Below, one piece after another: positions 1 to 12,247 of a stretch of DNA of 64,000 nt (its first letter is position 1; the number at the start of each line of letters is the position of its first letter). The notes below the pieces were generated by a model that saw only the letters and a list, made by a program, of their open reading frames with translations, was not told the origin of the DNA and made no database searches. The stretch comes from Antedon mediterranea. Taxonomy: Eukaryota; Animalia; Echinodermata. The stretch lies in the NCBI RefSeq assembly GCF_964355755.1, contig NC_092679.1:15669432-15733431 (forward strand). The letters run 5' to 3'. A program made the translations under genes and the position numbers.

Positions 1-440
1 ATATTTCGGCCTGCCACACACTCACACGAACGGGTATGAGACGCTGATATTGCCAGCTAGATTTTATTTATGATTGAGGCCTGTTTCCTTCCTCAGCCTA
101 ATCAATATTGGATAATTGTTTTATAATAATTGTATTGAATTGATATATTGATTGATTAACCATAAATAATTAATAAATTAAATTGTTTTTAACATCATGG
201 GGAAACGAAGATGTTAAAAAAGAACAAAATGGATTAAAAACAGGCAGATACATATTGTATACAAAAGCCTAACAATTAGTACTAATTATTGATGAGTTAC
301 TACTAATAATAATTAAAAAAACAGGCTTAATTTATAATATTAAAATAACAAATAAAACCCTGTAGTTTTCAATATAATGACTAATCATGGCATTTTTTTA
401 ATGATATATACATTATGACTCATTTTGCGCACCATATATT

Positions 441-581
441 TGTAAGACCGGACCAGTTTTGGCGGCCAAAATTGGTCCGGCCGGACAGGTTTTGGCAGCC
501 ATAAATGGTCCCCCGGACTGATTTTGGCAGCCAAAACTGGTCCGCCGGACCAATTTTGGCCCGGACTGATTTTGGTGTGAC
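441..581. repeat. Short element built of palindromic GC-rich subrepeats (GGACCAGTTTTGGCAGCCAAAACTGGTCC-like) with TGT...ACA ends
   Basis: Several inverted copies of ggacc(a/g)attttggc; begins tgtaagacc and ends ggtgtgaca. It accounts for the spurious ORFs 385-603 and 413-625. Confidence 0.55.
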
Positions 582-757
582 AGGCCGTTAAAAAAGTAAA
601 CAAAAATTAGACGCATGATAACCATGCTGATCAGAAAAAAAATTGGTTCGACATATGGTACAGTTTCGACATGCTCATAGCCTCCATGTAAAAAATATTA
701 ACTATACGCACAGTAAACAGTGCTGAAAATAAGCAAATAATACATTTTTGTTTTCAG

Positions 758-3630
758 GTACCTTCAAAAGCATTCTATATTCCAAACTTTATTACTCCAG
801 AGGAAGAAAAATATATGCAACATCAGGTATTATTTTCAACTTCATAAATCAAATCACCTCAGCACTCACTCAGTAACGCCGATCAAAATCTTCTCTCCAA
901 TCCAGATGCGAACCAGATCACCTTTTAATAGCTAAAATGCTGTACTAATTTTTATGGACTATTCATATGTTAGAATCAAACCATTAATTACCCCCATCCC
1001 CCCTCCATCCCATGGTATTAAACAATTTTCCCTGTCTAATATTTATTAAGCTACTTACAGTTTCTATAACAGATGACATTGTAAGCTGGTCTATTGCACA
1101 AAAATTCTTATACATAACTCATCATGATTTATATGTACCTTGCTAAAAAAATGTCAAATGTGGACAGTGTTCCCAAAACAGCATGGAAGGCAGAATCCTA
1201 ATCTCATTGTGTTCTGAAGAGATCAGTACAAGTTTACTAATAAATTTGCAATTCAACAAATTGTAAACTGTATTGCTTTATTTACTTACTGAATAGGTAT
1301 ATTATGGAACTCCAAAACCACAGTGGACAACTCTTTTGAACCGAAGACTTCAGCAATGGGGTAAATGTTTATATTAATTACCAAAACTGATATTAAACAA
1401 ATCAGTACAGATACAATGTGATATAATTAACTACCATATTAAAATGTTTCCTTCGTTTTTCCTAGGAGGAAACCCACACCCCAAAGGAATGGTGCGAGAA
1501 AAAATACCACAGGTACTTTGTACATGCTAAATTATATATTGGCACGGTCAACTGTTCCAATGGCGTGCATGCATATACTTTATTTTCTATTTGAACAGTC
1601 AACCCTGCATTTTATGTAAAAAAGTTTTTTATCATGCGCCTCATTCCCTGTGCCGACTAAATTAAAGCAGCAAAATCCAAGTCAACAAAGGCATGGTCGA
1701 CTGTGCCAATAGCCAACACACAATATATTGTTTGTCTGCATGGTCGACTGTACCAATAGCCAACACACAATATATTGTTTGTCTGCATGGTCCACTGTGC
1801 CAATAGCCAACACACAATATATTGTTTGTCTGCATGGTCCACTGTGCCAATAGCCAACACACAAGATATTGTTTGTCTGCATGGTCCTCTGTGCCAATAG
1901 CCACCACACAATAAATTCTTTGTCTGCATGGTCCACTGTGCCAATAGAAAATTAAGTAATATGTACAATTGGCCTCATCCATAAAGTAGAGTATGCCCAA
2001 ATTAGATCAGCTCAGCTATTATTGAAGCTTTGATTGTGTGAATACTACCATAAGCCTAATCTCAATTTAGGAAGGTTGAAACTTAATTTAGGATGAAAAA
2101 CAAAACAGTATTGCTAAAGACAAATAATATTAAATCTTTCCCAGTTTGCATTCATGTTTGAGGGATAAAGGGTAAAATGAACTTAAATTTTTTTTTCAAT
2201 TTTTTTCTTAGTGGTTGGATACAATAATTAAGAAAATTGTTGCACTTGGCGTTTTTGGAAAGGCACCAAATCATGTGTTAATAAATGAATATGAGCCAGG
2301 ACAAGGTATTATGGTAAGAAACACAATTTACTTTTTAATTTAGGGGTAAATGAAGAATCTTTATTTCTCTCTCTCTCTCTCTCTCTCAAATATTTGCATT
2401 ATAGGGAGAAGTATAAAGAGACAAACGTTATTGAATATTGAAGATACATATAATTTAATAAAAACAGAATGATACACACACATGTGTGTTTGCAATTACC
2501 TATAAACAAAATAATACTGTAATAGGAATAGGCCACTTGGCACTACCAAATTCTTGCAGGCAGGGTAACCTATGGAAAACAAGTGAAAATGAATGTTTAC
2601 TGCATATGAAACTGAATGAAGTACAAGATGGACCTCTGTTCCATCCAGTCATACTGCATGTTAACCTTGGTCCACACATAGTGGTTTTATTTTTTGTAGC
2701 CACACCCAGTTGGAACTCCGTTCTAACCAGTCATATCAACTGTTAACCTGTATTCACACAGTGGTTTTATTTTTTGCAGCCACATGAAGATGGACCTCTT
2801 TTCCATCCAGTCATATCAACTGTTAACCTGGGTTCACACACATTGTTAGATTTCTATCCTCATCAAGATACACAAGTAGATAATAAGAACCAAAACCAAA
2901 CCATGGTAATTATTAGACACCGGTATAAACCCACCCTTTGTGTCGAGTTTGGACGGGCTTTTATATGACCCTAACCCTAACCTAATTAGTAGATTTTGCT
3001 ATACACACAACCACATGTTTATAACTGGGTCGACGCCAACACTTACCCAGTGGTCAGTGCTGGGAAGTTTAGGTTAAGGATTATGTTTATGATACTAGGT
3101 GATAACATGTGATGCTGTATTACAGAATTTTCCTATGATAATGGAAAAAGTAACGAGAATCGGTTGCTACACCAGTACTATAATATTAAGCATGCAAATC
3201 TAACGTAACGCAACACAAGTGATTTGACCAGTCACAATCAATGGATTATTCGTACAGTGGCTTATCGTTGGTCAACTCACTTGGGTCGCGCGTATGTCCT
3301 TGCGTCTCTAGTGTGGGAACCACGCTTAATGATATATAACTAAAATCAAATCTGCCTGTTAATATTTTACAGACAACACCAGCAAAACAACCAGTTTTTT
3401 CTCTACTACTTGAACCAAGAAGTTTATTACTTCTCACAGAAGATATGTATAAATTATATTTACATGGAATTGACGAGAGATTGCAAGATACATTGACTGA
3501 GAATGTTAAAAATTTGGAAGAGTGCGGCAAAAAATCAGGAGACATTTTAGAGCGGGGAAGAAGAATTTCACTTACTATAAGAAATGTTCCAAAAGTTCTT
3601 CCAGTTCAAATACGTCTTGGAAAGCGGTGA
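758..3630 (+). CDS. ALKBH6: Alpha-ketoglutarate-dependent dioxygenase AlkB homolog 6, 5'-partial; exons 758-826, 1297-1360, 1466-1512, 2212-2313, 2780-2905, 3373-3630
   Basis: GT-AG exons join in frame: VPSKAFYIPNFITPEEE / [26 protein letters not shown] / PNHVLINEYEPGQGIM / PHEDGPLFHPVISTVNLGSHTLLDFY / LLLEPRSLLLL..MYKLYLHGIDE..RGRRISLTIRNVPK. HxD...H iron ligands and RxSxTxR motif are present. No start exon was found in the window. Confidence 0.93.
1691..1947. repeat. 47-bp minisatellite, ~5.4 copies, in an ALKBH6 intron
   Basis: Unit gcatggtccactgtgccaatagccaacacacaatatattgtttgtct repeated; gives repetitive ORFs in three minus frames. Confidence 0.95.
2624..2840 (+). repeat. 80-bp tandem triplication spanning the acceptor and start of the ALKBH6 HxD exon
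   Basis: 2681-2760 and 2761-2840 are aligned copies (gtggttttattttttg(t/c)agccaca...ccagtcatatcaactgttaacctg..ttcacaca); a partial third copy is at 2624-2680. Confidence 0.9.
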
Positions 3631-3736
3631 CACCTACTATAATATTTTGACACTTAAAAAAAGTTATTGGTAATAAAGATATACATAATTACAAGCATAC
3701 GTTGGAATGTGCATTTTACTTTGTATTTGCTTACAC

Positions 3737-3873
3737 AGTGGCGTAACAGCTATGAGCGCTCATTGGCTAAACCCAGGGGCCCAAGAGCAGTGTCCAAAAG
3801 AAAAACCGGCATTAAAATATGTCGCAAAGAGCTAAACATGCCCGAGTTGGAGGGCCTCCGAGTTACGCAATTG
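3737..3873 (+). mobile_element. Short non-autonomous DNA element with CAGTGGCGTAAC-type end (hAT-like MITE); related copies at ~13516-13699 (+) and ~32238-32410 (-)
   Basis: Shared core gagcgctcattggctaaacccaggggccc..gagcagtgtcca..aaaaaccg.cattaaaatatgtcg in three places. Confidence 0.6.
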
Positions 3874-5813
3874 TGCTTACATTTTTTGAAATTGAATTAC
3901 ACAAAAATCTATTAAATGATCAAAATTGCTTGTTAAAATTATATTATAAAATTACATTAAACCACACAACAAGGTTCTCACAAGATTGACATAGCGCAGT
4001 CAGCTAAATTGATAGTGACAGTGTTGGGCGCTGAACCGTTAAAGACCACTGCTCTCCATGTGTTCTAACTTGCGGGTTGAAATATATGTAGATATCACAC
4101 CATCTTTTGGATGAGATATTAAGTTGTTGGTCCATGTGCAATATTATGTGCGTATTAACCGTAAGGGATCGTCTCTCGGTTTACTGCCCAATTCACCACC
4201 AGAAGGACGCCACCAAGGCTACGTACTTAGCGAGCATACTTTGTGTATAACACCAACTAGTAACTCAATTGCCGAGCCTTGCAAAGATGTTCTGCTGAGA
4301 CAGTAACCCTTTGGCTAAAGAAAGACTACAACATTTCTAGTATAATTTCTGAGAATACTTTTATTCTGAACAATTTTTTCTTCAAATTATAATTTGATTA
4401 CAAAAAAATAAAGCAGTTTGATAAACATATCTGTATGCTTGTGTGTATAAACCATAAAGCATAGAAGTTGATCATCGGGTTATTTTTTATCTCAACAAAA
4501 ATAAAGCGCAATGCACTGCAGGTAAAAGTCTATTGTAAAAATGTAATTGGGTCTATGTAGTAAATTTAAACAATCACAAAAAAGTACAGAATCATGGTTT
4601 CATTAAATTCAAATAAACAGGTGTAGCTGATTTGTAATTTGAATAATATATTCAATAATTTACATATTATAGGAAGTATTGTAGACATTACTATAATTGG
4701 TAAAATTAACATTTTAGGATTCCATTTGATAATACACTTTTCAACAACACTGCATAGCAGAGTCGAAAATTGCATAAAGTGTATGGGAGAGGTAGCCTGC
4801 TGGGTAACTTAAACAAAAATCTTAGTGCCAATCGACACTACAGGAAGAATTTGCAACTGCTAAAATTCTCTATCCAGTTTGAAAGATTTCAAATAACATT
4901 AACATTCAACTCTTCACTACATACAGTACAACTATATACATCTTCATCTAACTATATATTCGGTCAACATATTTTACAATTACTTTCAGCCAAGGACGTT
5001 TAGGCTAACGAATCATTTTAGCAATTAGTTGCAAAGAACAATTTTACTGTAATGTTATCATATCAATAAACCATTTCAATATTAAATGATTACTGCAGTA
5101 ATTCTACTATGCACTGTTTCATTATTACTGCAGTAAAAATCACAATACTGTAACAATAACATGTAGAAATAATAAATTTACTGCAGTAAATGCATGCATT
5201 GTCCTATAACCATTGAGTATTCAAATTTTACTTTTACAAAAACAATCACTATTAATATCTAATAATCAATTCTTATCAGTAGTGACATAAATTGTTTAGT
5301 TAGGTAGCTTAACATTCTCGCATGATGGAATTTATGGGCGTTTAAAAAGGGGGAGTTCATGAAAGTCTGGCAATACAAATACTGTAGCCAAATCCACTAA
5401 ATACATGACCATCACGACGATTGGGTCTCTTCCTGGAGAAAACATTGGTAACCTTTTGTTTTCATGACACACCACGCGAATACGAGTTAATAATCTTTTT
5501 TACCTAATAGTTGCTTTGCCACATGTCGTAAGAATGAAAATATTTATGAACATTTCTGTACATATCCACTAAAGGCACTACTGCATTGTGTATAAAACAC
5601 TGTACTTAAAAGAGTTATCTACACAACACAATTACAAATAAACTGCATTGCATAACCATATTATACCTTTTACCACAAATTCAACATTACCTACCATGTT
5701 ACCATCCCATGATGATGTACCATGATTCAACATCATGGTATTGTTTTACAATGCCATGATGATGTTACCAATCACAATGAATATTAGAACCTTTACCAAC
5801 CATTAATATTATT

Positions 5814-6600
5814 CAACATCAAGGTATCATACCAAGGACATACCAACAGACAATGTACCACATGTTACAGGGTACCATAGCATGTTACCATACCATGGTT
5901 AAACATCATGTTACCATACCCGATGATGTACGGTAGTACTGTACCATGATCAACATCACGGTATCATACCAAGGACATACCAACAGACAATGTACCACAT
6001 GTTACAGGGTACCATAGCATGTTACCATACCATGGTTAAACATCATGTTACCATACCCGATGATGTACGGTAGTACTGTACCATGATCAACATCAAGGTA
6101 TCATACTAAGGACATACCAACAGACAATGTACCATATGTTACAGTGTACCATAGCATGTTATCATACCATGGTTAAACATCATGTTACCATACCCGATGA
6201 TGTACGGTAGTACTGTACCATGATCAACATCAAGGTATCATACTAAGGACATACCAACAGACAATGTACCATATGTTACAGTGTACCATAGCATGTTATC
6301 ATACCATGGTTAAACATCATGTTACCATACCCGATGATGTACGGTAGTACTGTACCATGATCAACATCAAGGTATCATACCAAGGACATACCAACAGACA
6401 ATGTACCACATGTTACAGGGTACCATAGCATGTTACCATACCATGGTTAAACATCATGTTACCATACCCGATGATGTACGGTAGTACTGTACCATGATCA
6501 ACATCACGGTATCATACCAAGGACATACCAACAGACAATGTACCACATGTTACAGGGTACCATAGCATGTTACCATACCATGATAAACATCATGTTACCA
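5814..6600. repeat. 137-bp tandem repeat, ~5.7 copies, built from catgttaccat-like subunits
   Basis: caacatca(a/c)ggtatc recurs at 5814, 5951, 6088, 6225, 6362, 6499; degenerate short subunits flank the array. Confidence 0.95.
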
Positions 6601-7997
6601 TGGTACATCATGTTACCATACCATAACATGCTAATGCACAGGAAGGTACATACCATATCGATATTTAGTTTGGTACAGTATTATTAGTATTACTATTTCA
6701 TTGTTCCAATCACAAACATTATTTCACTCATTTCACAATTTATCTCTTTTCTATTTATTCCTCTGAGCTTTCAATACCTGAATATTTCTTTATTATTCAT
6801 CGTAGCGTTACTCCTTCATTCGTCCCAAAAACAGAAGCTACCATTAGCACCAGTTCACACACTGCCAACACTAAGCTAACTCATTGGTCCCATTTACCAC
6901 TAAAAAAATACTCATTAATGTATATCAATTAAATGGAGGAAAATATACAAAGAAATACTAAAGTAGTGTGCTTCACATGTTAATTTGTTGTACAACAAAT
7001 TAGAGTTCATTATAGCTATTTACAAATGTATCAATAAAATTTACTTTTTAAAGATAAAAGATACTGTAAAACCTTGCAATGGTAAAAGCCCTTAGGGCAC
7101 AATATTTTTGAAAACCAGAGCATTATAGTATTTATTGCAGGAACATTGTGGGGTATTATGTTGCGTCTAGCGTGTGCGGGTCTAGCAAAATATTAGCAAT
7201 TTGAAATGTGGTAATAAATGATGTCATTGAAACTAGTTACAGTAACCAACAATACGCCCCTCTGTTTCGTCATAGTGGTATTGCGCATATTGCGAGAACG
7301 AGACTGCAATAAAATACAGCATTTATACAATTGGGGGATGGGGAAGGATGAATGATTTATTGTCTATGTACTACTATATAGTTTCTATATTGATTTAGAA
7401 TATTTCATTTAAGAACTCATCAGTCTGATTGGAGGTTATGGCATAACAATATGCCTCATAACTGTCAAAATCTCTAATTGATTTTTAGTGTTTATCACTC
7501 AGACATAAATGTGTTAAATCAATTTGTAATGATCAAGTGAATTAGATTAGATTATAAACAGACGACAGTAGTAGAATAACAACCGGAACATTCTCAACCA
7601 TATTTGATGTATAGCAAACCTAACTTTATTGTAAATGGGCCTGATCACATTGATGGTGCTACAGAGTACCAATTGTGTACACCGCCGACAGATTTGACGT
7701 GTCTGTGCACATGACGTATATTACAATGCTGAATCATATCAGCGAAAAATGGTGGAGTGTACCATTTTAGCATACGATGTTGATGTAATTCAGTGTAATA
7801 TTGATACACGTTTCTATGATAACAAGAAGAGTCTTGAAGGAAAAAAATTTTTAGGTGTCGCTCTATGTCACCGATTTTCTCTACGGGTTATAATTTTACC
7901 TTTCTAATCCGCGTTGAACACAACCTTATTCTTCTACCTTATATTTGGTGTTTGGACCGATGCAATTTTTAAAATCTTGAACATTTTCACATTGGTA

Positions 7998-8044
7998 TAG
8001 AAATCTATTGGGGTCTTGCCGCGCAGGTTCGAATCCTGCCGACT
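7998..8044 (+). pseudogene. tRNA-Ser(AGA)-derived fragment: anticodon loop, long variable arm, T arm and 3' acceptor strand only
   Basis: tagaaatctattggggtcttgccgcgcaggttcgaatcctgccgact closely matches the 3' half of eukaryotic tRNA-Ser(AGA); perfect B box GGTTCGAATCC; no D arm directly upstream. Confidence 0.75.
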
Positions 8045-8508
8045 TTTAGAAATTCATAATATATTGTTTAATTTATTTTTCCAGCAAACTTATTACAGTA
8101 TAATAATTTGATAAGCTGTTTTGTTTTTTGGTTCAAACTCGAGGTGAAGTCATGGCCGAGCACAGTTAAAATTGTTGCTGGAATTTCTAAATTCTTTTGA
8201 AAAAATGTTTTAATAGGAAAAAAGCAAGAGCACTTTTATGGAGATATATGTTATACATCATTACCTTTTAGTAATAAGAGTGCAACCAAAACCTAAACAC
8301 TAAATTCCTCTGAGGCATTTTATACACATCGACTACATTCATACATTACAATTATTCTAACTATTCATTCTTAATATTAATTAATAATTAATTACAATCT
8401 TCTGACTTCATCTTCATTCTTGTCTTCATCAGCTTGCTTTTAAACAGTCTGTACAAGCTGGCTAGATATACTAGGGAACTTCAAAGAATTAAATGCAAGA
8501 GGGGGACT

Positions 8509-8643
8509 CTAAGAAGCATGCATTCCAGTTTCCCCCTCCTCCTCCTCCTCCCCACCACCCCCTTCTTCATTCAACCCTTCCTCATTAAACTCACCCTCAT
8601 CGGGAACCCTCCGTAGGATAGAAGGTAACCATCCACTAAGACC
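8509..8643 (-). CDS. Candidate distal terminal coding exon of the PPM1 gene (acidic, Gly-rich tail)
   Basis: Strong acceptor ttcttttttgacttttttgcag, phase 0 matching the donor at 12247; encodes GLSGWLPSILRRVPDEGEFNEEGLNEEGGGGEEEEEGETGMHAS*. Confidence 0.55.
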   Translation of the reverse strand, partial: GLSGWLPSILRRVPDEGEFNEEGLNEEGGGGEEEEEGETGMHAS

Positions 8644-9445
8644 CTGCAAAAAAGTCAAAAAAGAAATCTTGTCGTTTTCTGAAGACATTATTTGTTCATG
8701 CTCATTAATGAATGAATAAAAGCGTTTGCAAGTTTTGACGTTCGAAGCGGGAATGGGAAAGTGAAAAACAAGCTAATGAAGATGAAATCAGAAGAACTGT
8801 TCAAACTTTTGAAGAAAAAAATGGTGATATCTTAATATAGTTGCCAGAAGGTAGTATCATACGACAGAGGCTAACAAACATGATGCATTTACAGTAGATT
8901 CTGAGTACTGTATCTATTTCTGAAGTATCATAGGAATAATTGGTAATACAACATCACATGTATCAAGTAGTAACCTAATTCTTAACCTAACTTTACATGA
9001 TACAGGCAGCACATATGATGCTGTATTACCAAATATTCCTATGATACTTCAGAAATAGATAGTATGTGCAGATACAGCACTGGGAATTGAGTGGTAATTA
9101 AATGATATTCACACACAAGATGGCAGTTAAAAGCTACAATGAAAAGAGTCGGTTTAAATAAAGTGAGCCCAGCTCGAAAAGGTCTAAAATTTGTTTGTAT
9201 TCAAAAAATGTGACTATAAATTTGACATCTACAGTAGCTGTAAAATCAATTTCTGTTGTAAAAATAGATTTAAATTAACATTACATATGTGGTTTATAAC
9301 TGTCTGGGAAGCCTTAAAAATGGTAACAAATAACACTCAATTACTGTATGCAATACAAATTTGCTTTATTCAAATAACTTGGTTGTATAATAATAACACT
9401 TGTATACATGGCTGTAAAGACTACAGAAATGCCCAATACTATGAA

Positions 9446-9518
9446 TTCAGCATTGGGAAGGCTTCAGCATTGGGAAGGCTTCAGCATTGGGAAGGCTTCA
9501 GCATTGGGAAGGCTTCAG
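9446..9518. repeat. 17-bp minisatellite x4
   Basis: ttcagcattgggaaggc repeated. Confidence 0.9.
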
Positions 9519-10394
9519 CCTCTACAAGAAATTCCACAGTTGTGGTGAGGAGGTACATTGAAAAGTGTAATCATTCATCATGGGTTTTGTTTGCTGTGTG
9601 GTTTGCATCAAAACACTTGCAGTACACATTGTGTTCGACGCATCAATGTAGTGGCCGCATCATGGATGTATTTTTTTTAAATTGACAGTCAGTCATTCTG
9701 ACCAGTACTGTAGTAACCAATGCTATTATACCAATTAGTGTAAAACGTTCAATATTAAATCCTTTGCCTTTTGATTCCATGTAATACAAGTATTTCAATA
9801 GCAACAACTTTAAAAAGCATCAAATGAAAAACTGCAAAATCATTTTGTAAATTATTTGTTTAAGAAGAGGTGACGTGAAATGTACAAAGAATGTAATGAT
9901 GTCAAATGCAGGTGTGTCATTGTCACACATGCAGGCAACGGACAAAAGAAAAATGTCATTAATTTATTCAAGAATGAACAATTCATACTGTACCACTCAT
10001 ACTGTACACATGAACAAATTGGATAATATACCAAAATTGCACTAGAACTTTATCAATGTTGTTGTTAACTTCCTAATGATAAATTTTACTGCTATTCACA
10101 TAATTTAAAAAAAACTAGGGTGCACCTTGTTCGCAGTAAACTAAGAATTCTTAAACATCCACATAGGTTACACCCTGTACGTTCATGGAGCTTATAAATT
10201 GTGTACTTTAGCTACCCTGGTTAGTTGTATCGACTCTGCAATCAGAGCCTGGCGACAAATGTGTATGCCCAGTGGGCCACAAAAACTAATCGTTCGCATA
10301 CATCATTTAATTTTGAAAAATATGCCGATATAGAAGGTGTGCCTTATTGTCTGATGGTTCCTTCCTATGCTGCTACAGTATTTCACTTCAAACC

Positions 10395-11207
10395 TTACAC
10401 TCACGTGTATAATGTTATAAACTCACGTGTATAAGGTTATGCACCCAGGTGTATAAGGTTATGCACTCAGGTGTATAAGGTTATACACTCAGGTGTATAA
10501 GGTTATACACCCAGGTGTATAAGGGTATGCACTCAGGTGTATAAGGTTATGCACCCAGGTGTATAAGGTTATGCACCCAGGTGTATAAGGTTATACACCC
10601 AGGTGTATAAGGGTATACACCCAGGTGTACAAGGGTATGCACTCAGGTGTATAAGGGTATGCACTCAGGTGTATAAGGTTATGCACCCAGGTGTATAAGG
10701 TTATACACTCAGGTGTATAAGGTTATACACCCATGTGTATAAGGTTATGCACCCAGGTGTATAAGGTTATACACTCAGGTGTATAAGGTTATACACTCAG
10801 GTGTATAAGGTTATACACTCAGGTGTATAAGGTTATACACGCAGGTGTATAAGGTTATACACTCAGGTGTATAAGGTTATACACTCAGGTGTATAAGGTT
10901 ATACACTCAGGTGTATAAGGTTATACACTCAGGTGTATAAGGTTATACACTCAGGTGTATAAGGTTATACACCCAGGTGTATAAGGGTATGCACTCAGGT
11001 GTATAAGGTTATACACCCAGGTGTATAAGGTTATGCACCCAGGTGTATAAGGTTATACACTCAGGTGTATAAGGTTATACACTCAGGTGTATAAGGTTAT
11101 ACACTCAAGTGTATAAGGGTATGCACCCAGGTGTATAAGGTTATACACTCAGGTGTATAAGGTTATGCACCCAAGTGTATAAGGTTAAACACTCAGGTGT
11201 ATAAGGT
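10395..11207. repeat. 22-bp minisatellite, ~36 copies, palindromic unit
   Basis: Unit ggtgtataaggttatacactca; gtgtataa/ttatacac are reverse complements. No unique spacers. Confidence 0.97.
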
Positions 11208-12247
11208 CATTTTTGGGCTGAGGTTTGATATTCGAGTAAAAATATGGACTTATTGATTGCACGACATGATGCCAAAATGACACAGCACTGCATAGCATTT
11301 CCAATAATACTTAATTTTAGTAAAAGAATGTATTTAAATAAAAGAATAACTGTTATTGTTTGTGTCAACAAATCGTAAAATAAAAAATATACTCTATGTC
11401 GAAACCTAGACTAATTTTTATGGAATGTTATTGAATAAATTGTATTTCTCTAATATTTCACCCTTCTTTAGATATAAATATTAACAAATAGTTACAAGAC
11501 AGTCTACAGTTAATTACATCTATCAATGCAATGGAAATTAAATGCACATTTCAATTCATTGACAACTTTAAAATGGCTGACAGACGTATTTTAATTATAT
11601 TAAAATAAATTTTATGATAAAAAATTAAAAAATGAATTTTTTTGTTTCTTTTCGAATATACGTTATATTTCATTCAAATTATATATTAATTTTTAATAAT
11701 TTTATAGTAATAAACAACTATCAAAAAGTACAATTAACTAGTGGTTATTATTTTCAGGTTGATCTTCTGGAGACAAATTGGGATGGCACAACAAAAGCAT
11801 CTATATTCCATTTCAAATGTCAATTCAAACATTTTATTATCGTCTGAATAACACTGCCACTGACTATATTAGTAAAGCAGCCTTTGCGAATATCTATTGA
11901 ATATTCATTAAACCATATGAATATTCATATGAATATTTTAACTATTTAATATTCATCTTTATATAACACTTTACAAAATGACTAACACTAATACACTGAT
12001 GTATTACTTTTCCATTTCATGAATTTAACAAATTCCAGGAACTGTCGTTGTTAACAACAATGGAAAGAAATGGGAATACATTTCCTGACGGATATTTCCT
12101 GATTTTCCATTTTTAATATCTCCCACTCTGAGGAAATTCCACCAATCAAAGACAGAACTGGCTATATTTGCATACATCTATGGTGGGTGGGTTATGACAA
12201 TGATTTTTTTTAAGTAGAGAGGTAAGGATGGTTCAGATAGAGCCTAC

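Noticed and set aside
1657-2000. Three overlapping repetitive minus-strand ORFs
   Set aside because: Translations of the 47-bp minisatellite inside an ALKBH6 intron.
2969-2985. Telomere-like CCCTAA repeats
   Set aside because: Only two to three units, intronic; too short to be an interstitial telomere.
9191-9685. 164-aa plus-strand ORF
   Set aside because: Non-ATG start, no recognisable domain, includes a 17-bp repeat, and lies antisense within the PPM1 3' region.
10395-11207. CRISPR-like array of palindromic repeats (also considered 56133-56947 and 54434-54614)
   Set aside because: Units are directly adjacent with no unique spacers, no cas genes are present, and the context is eukaryotic; these are minisatellites.
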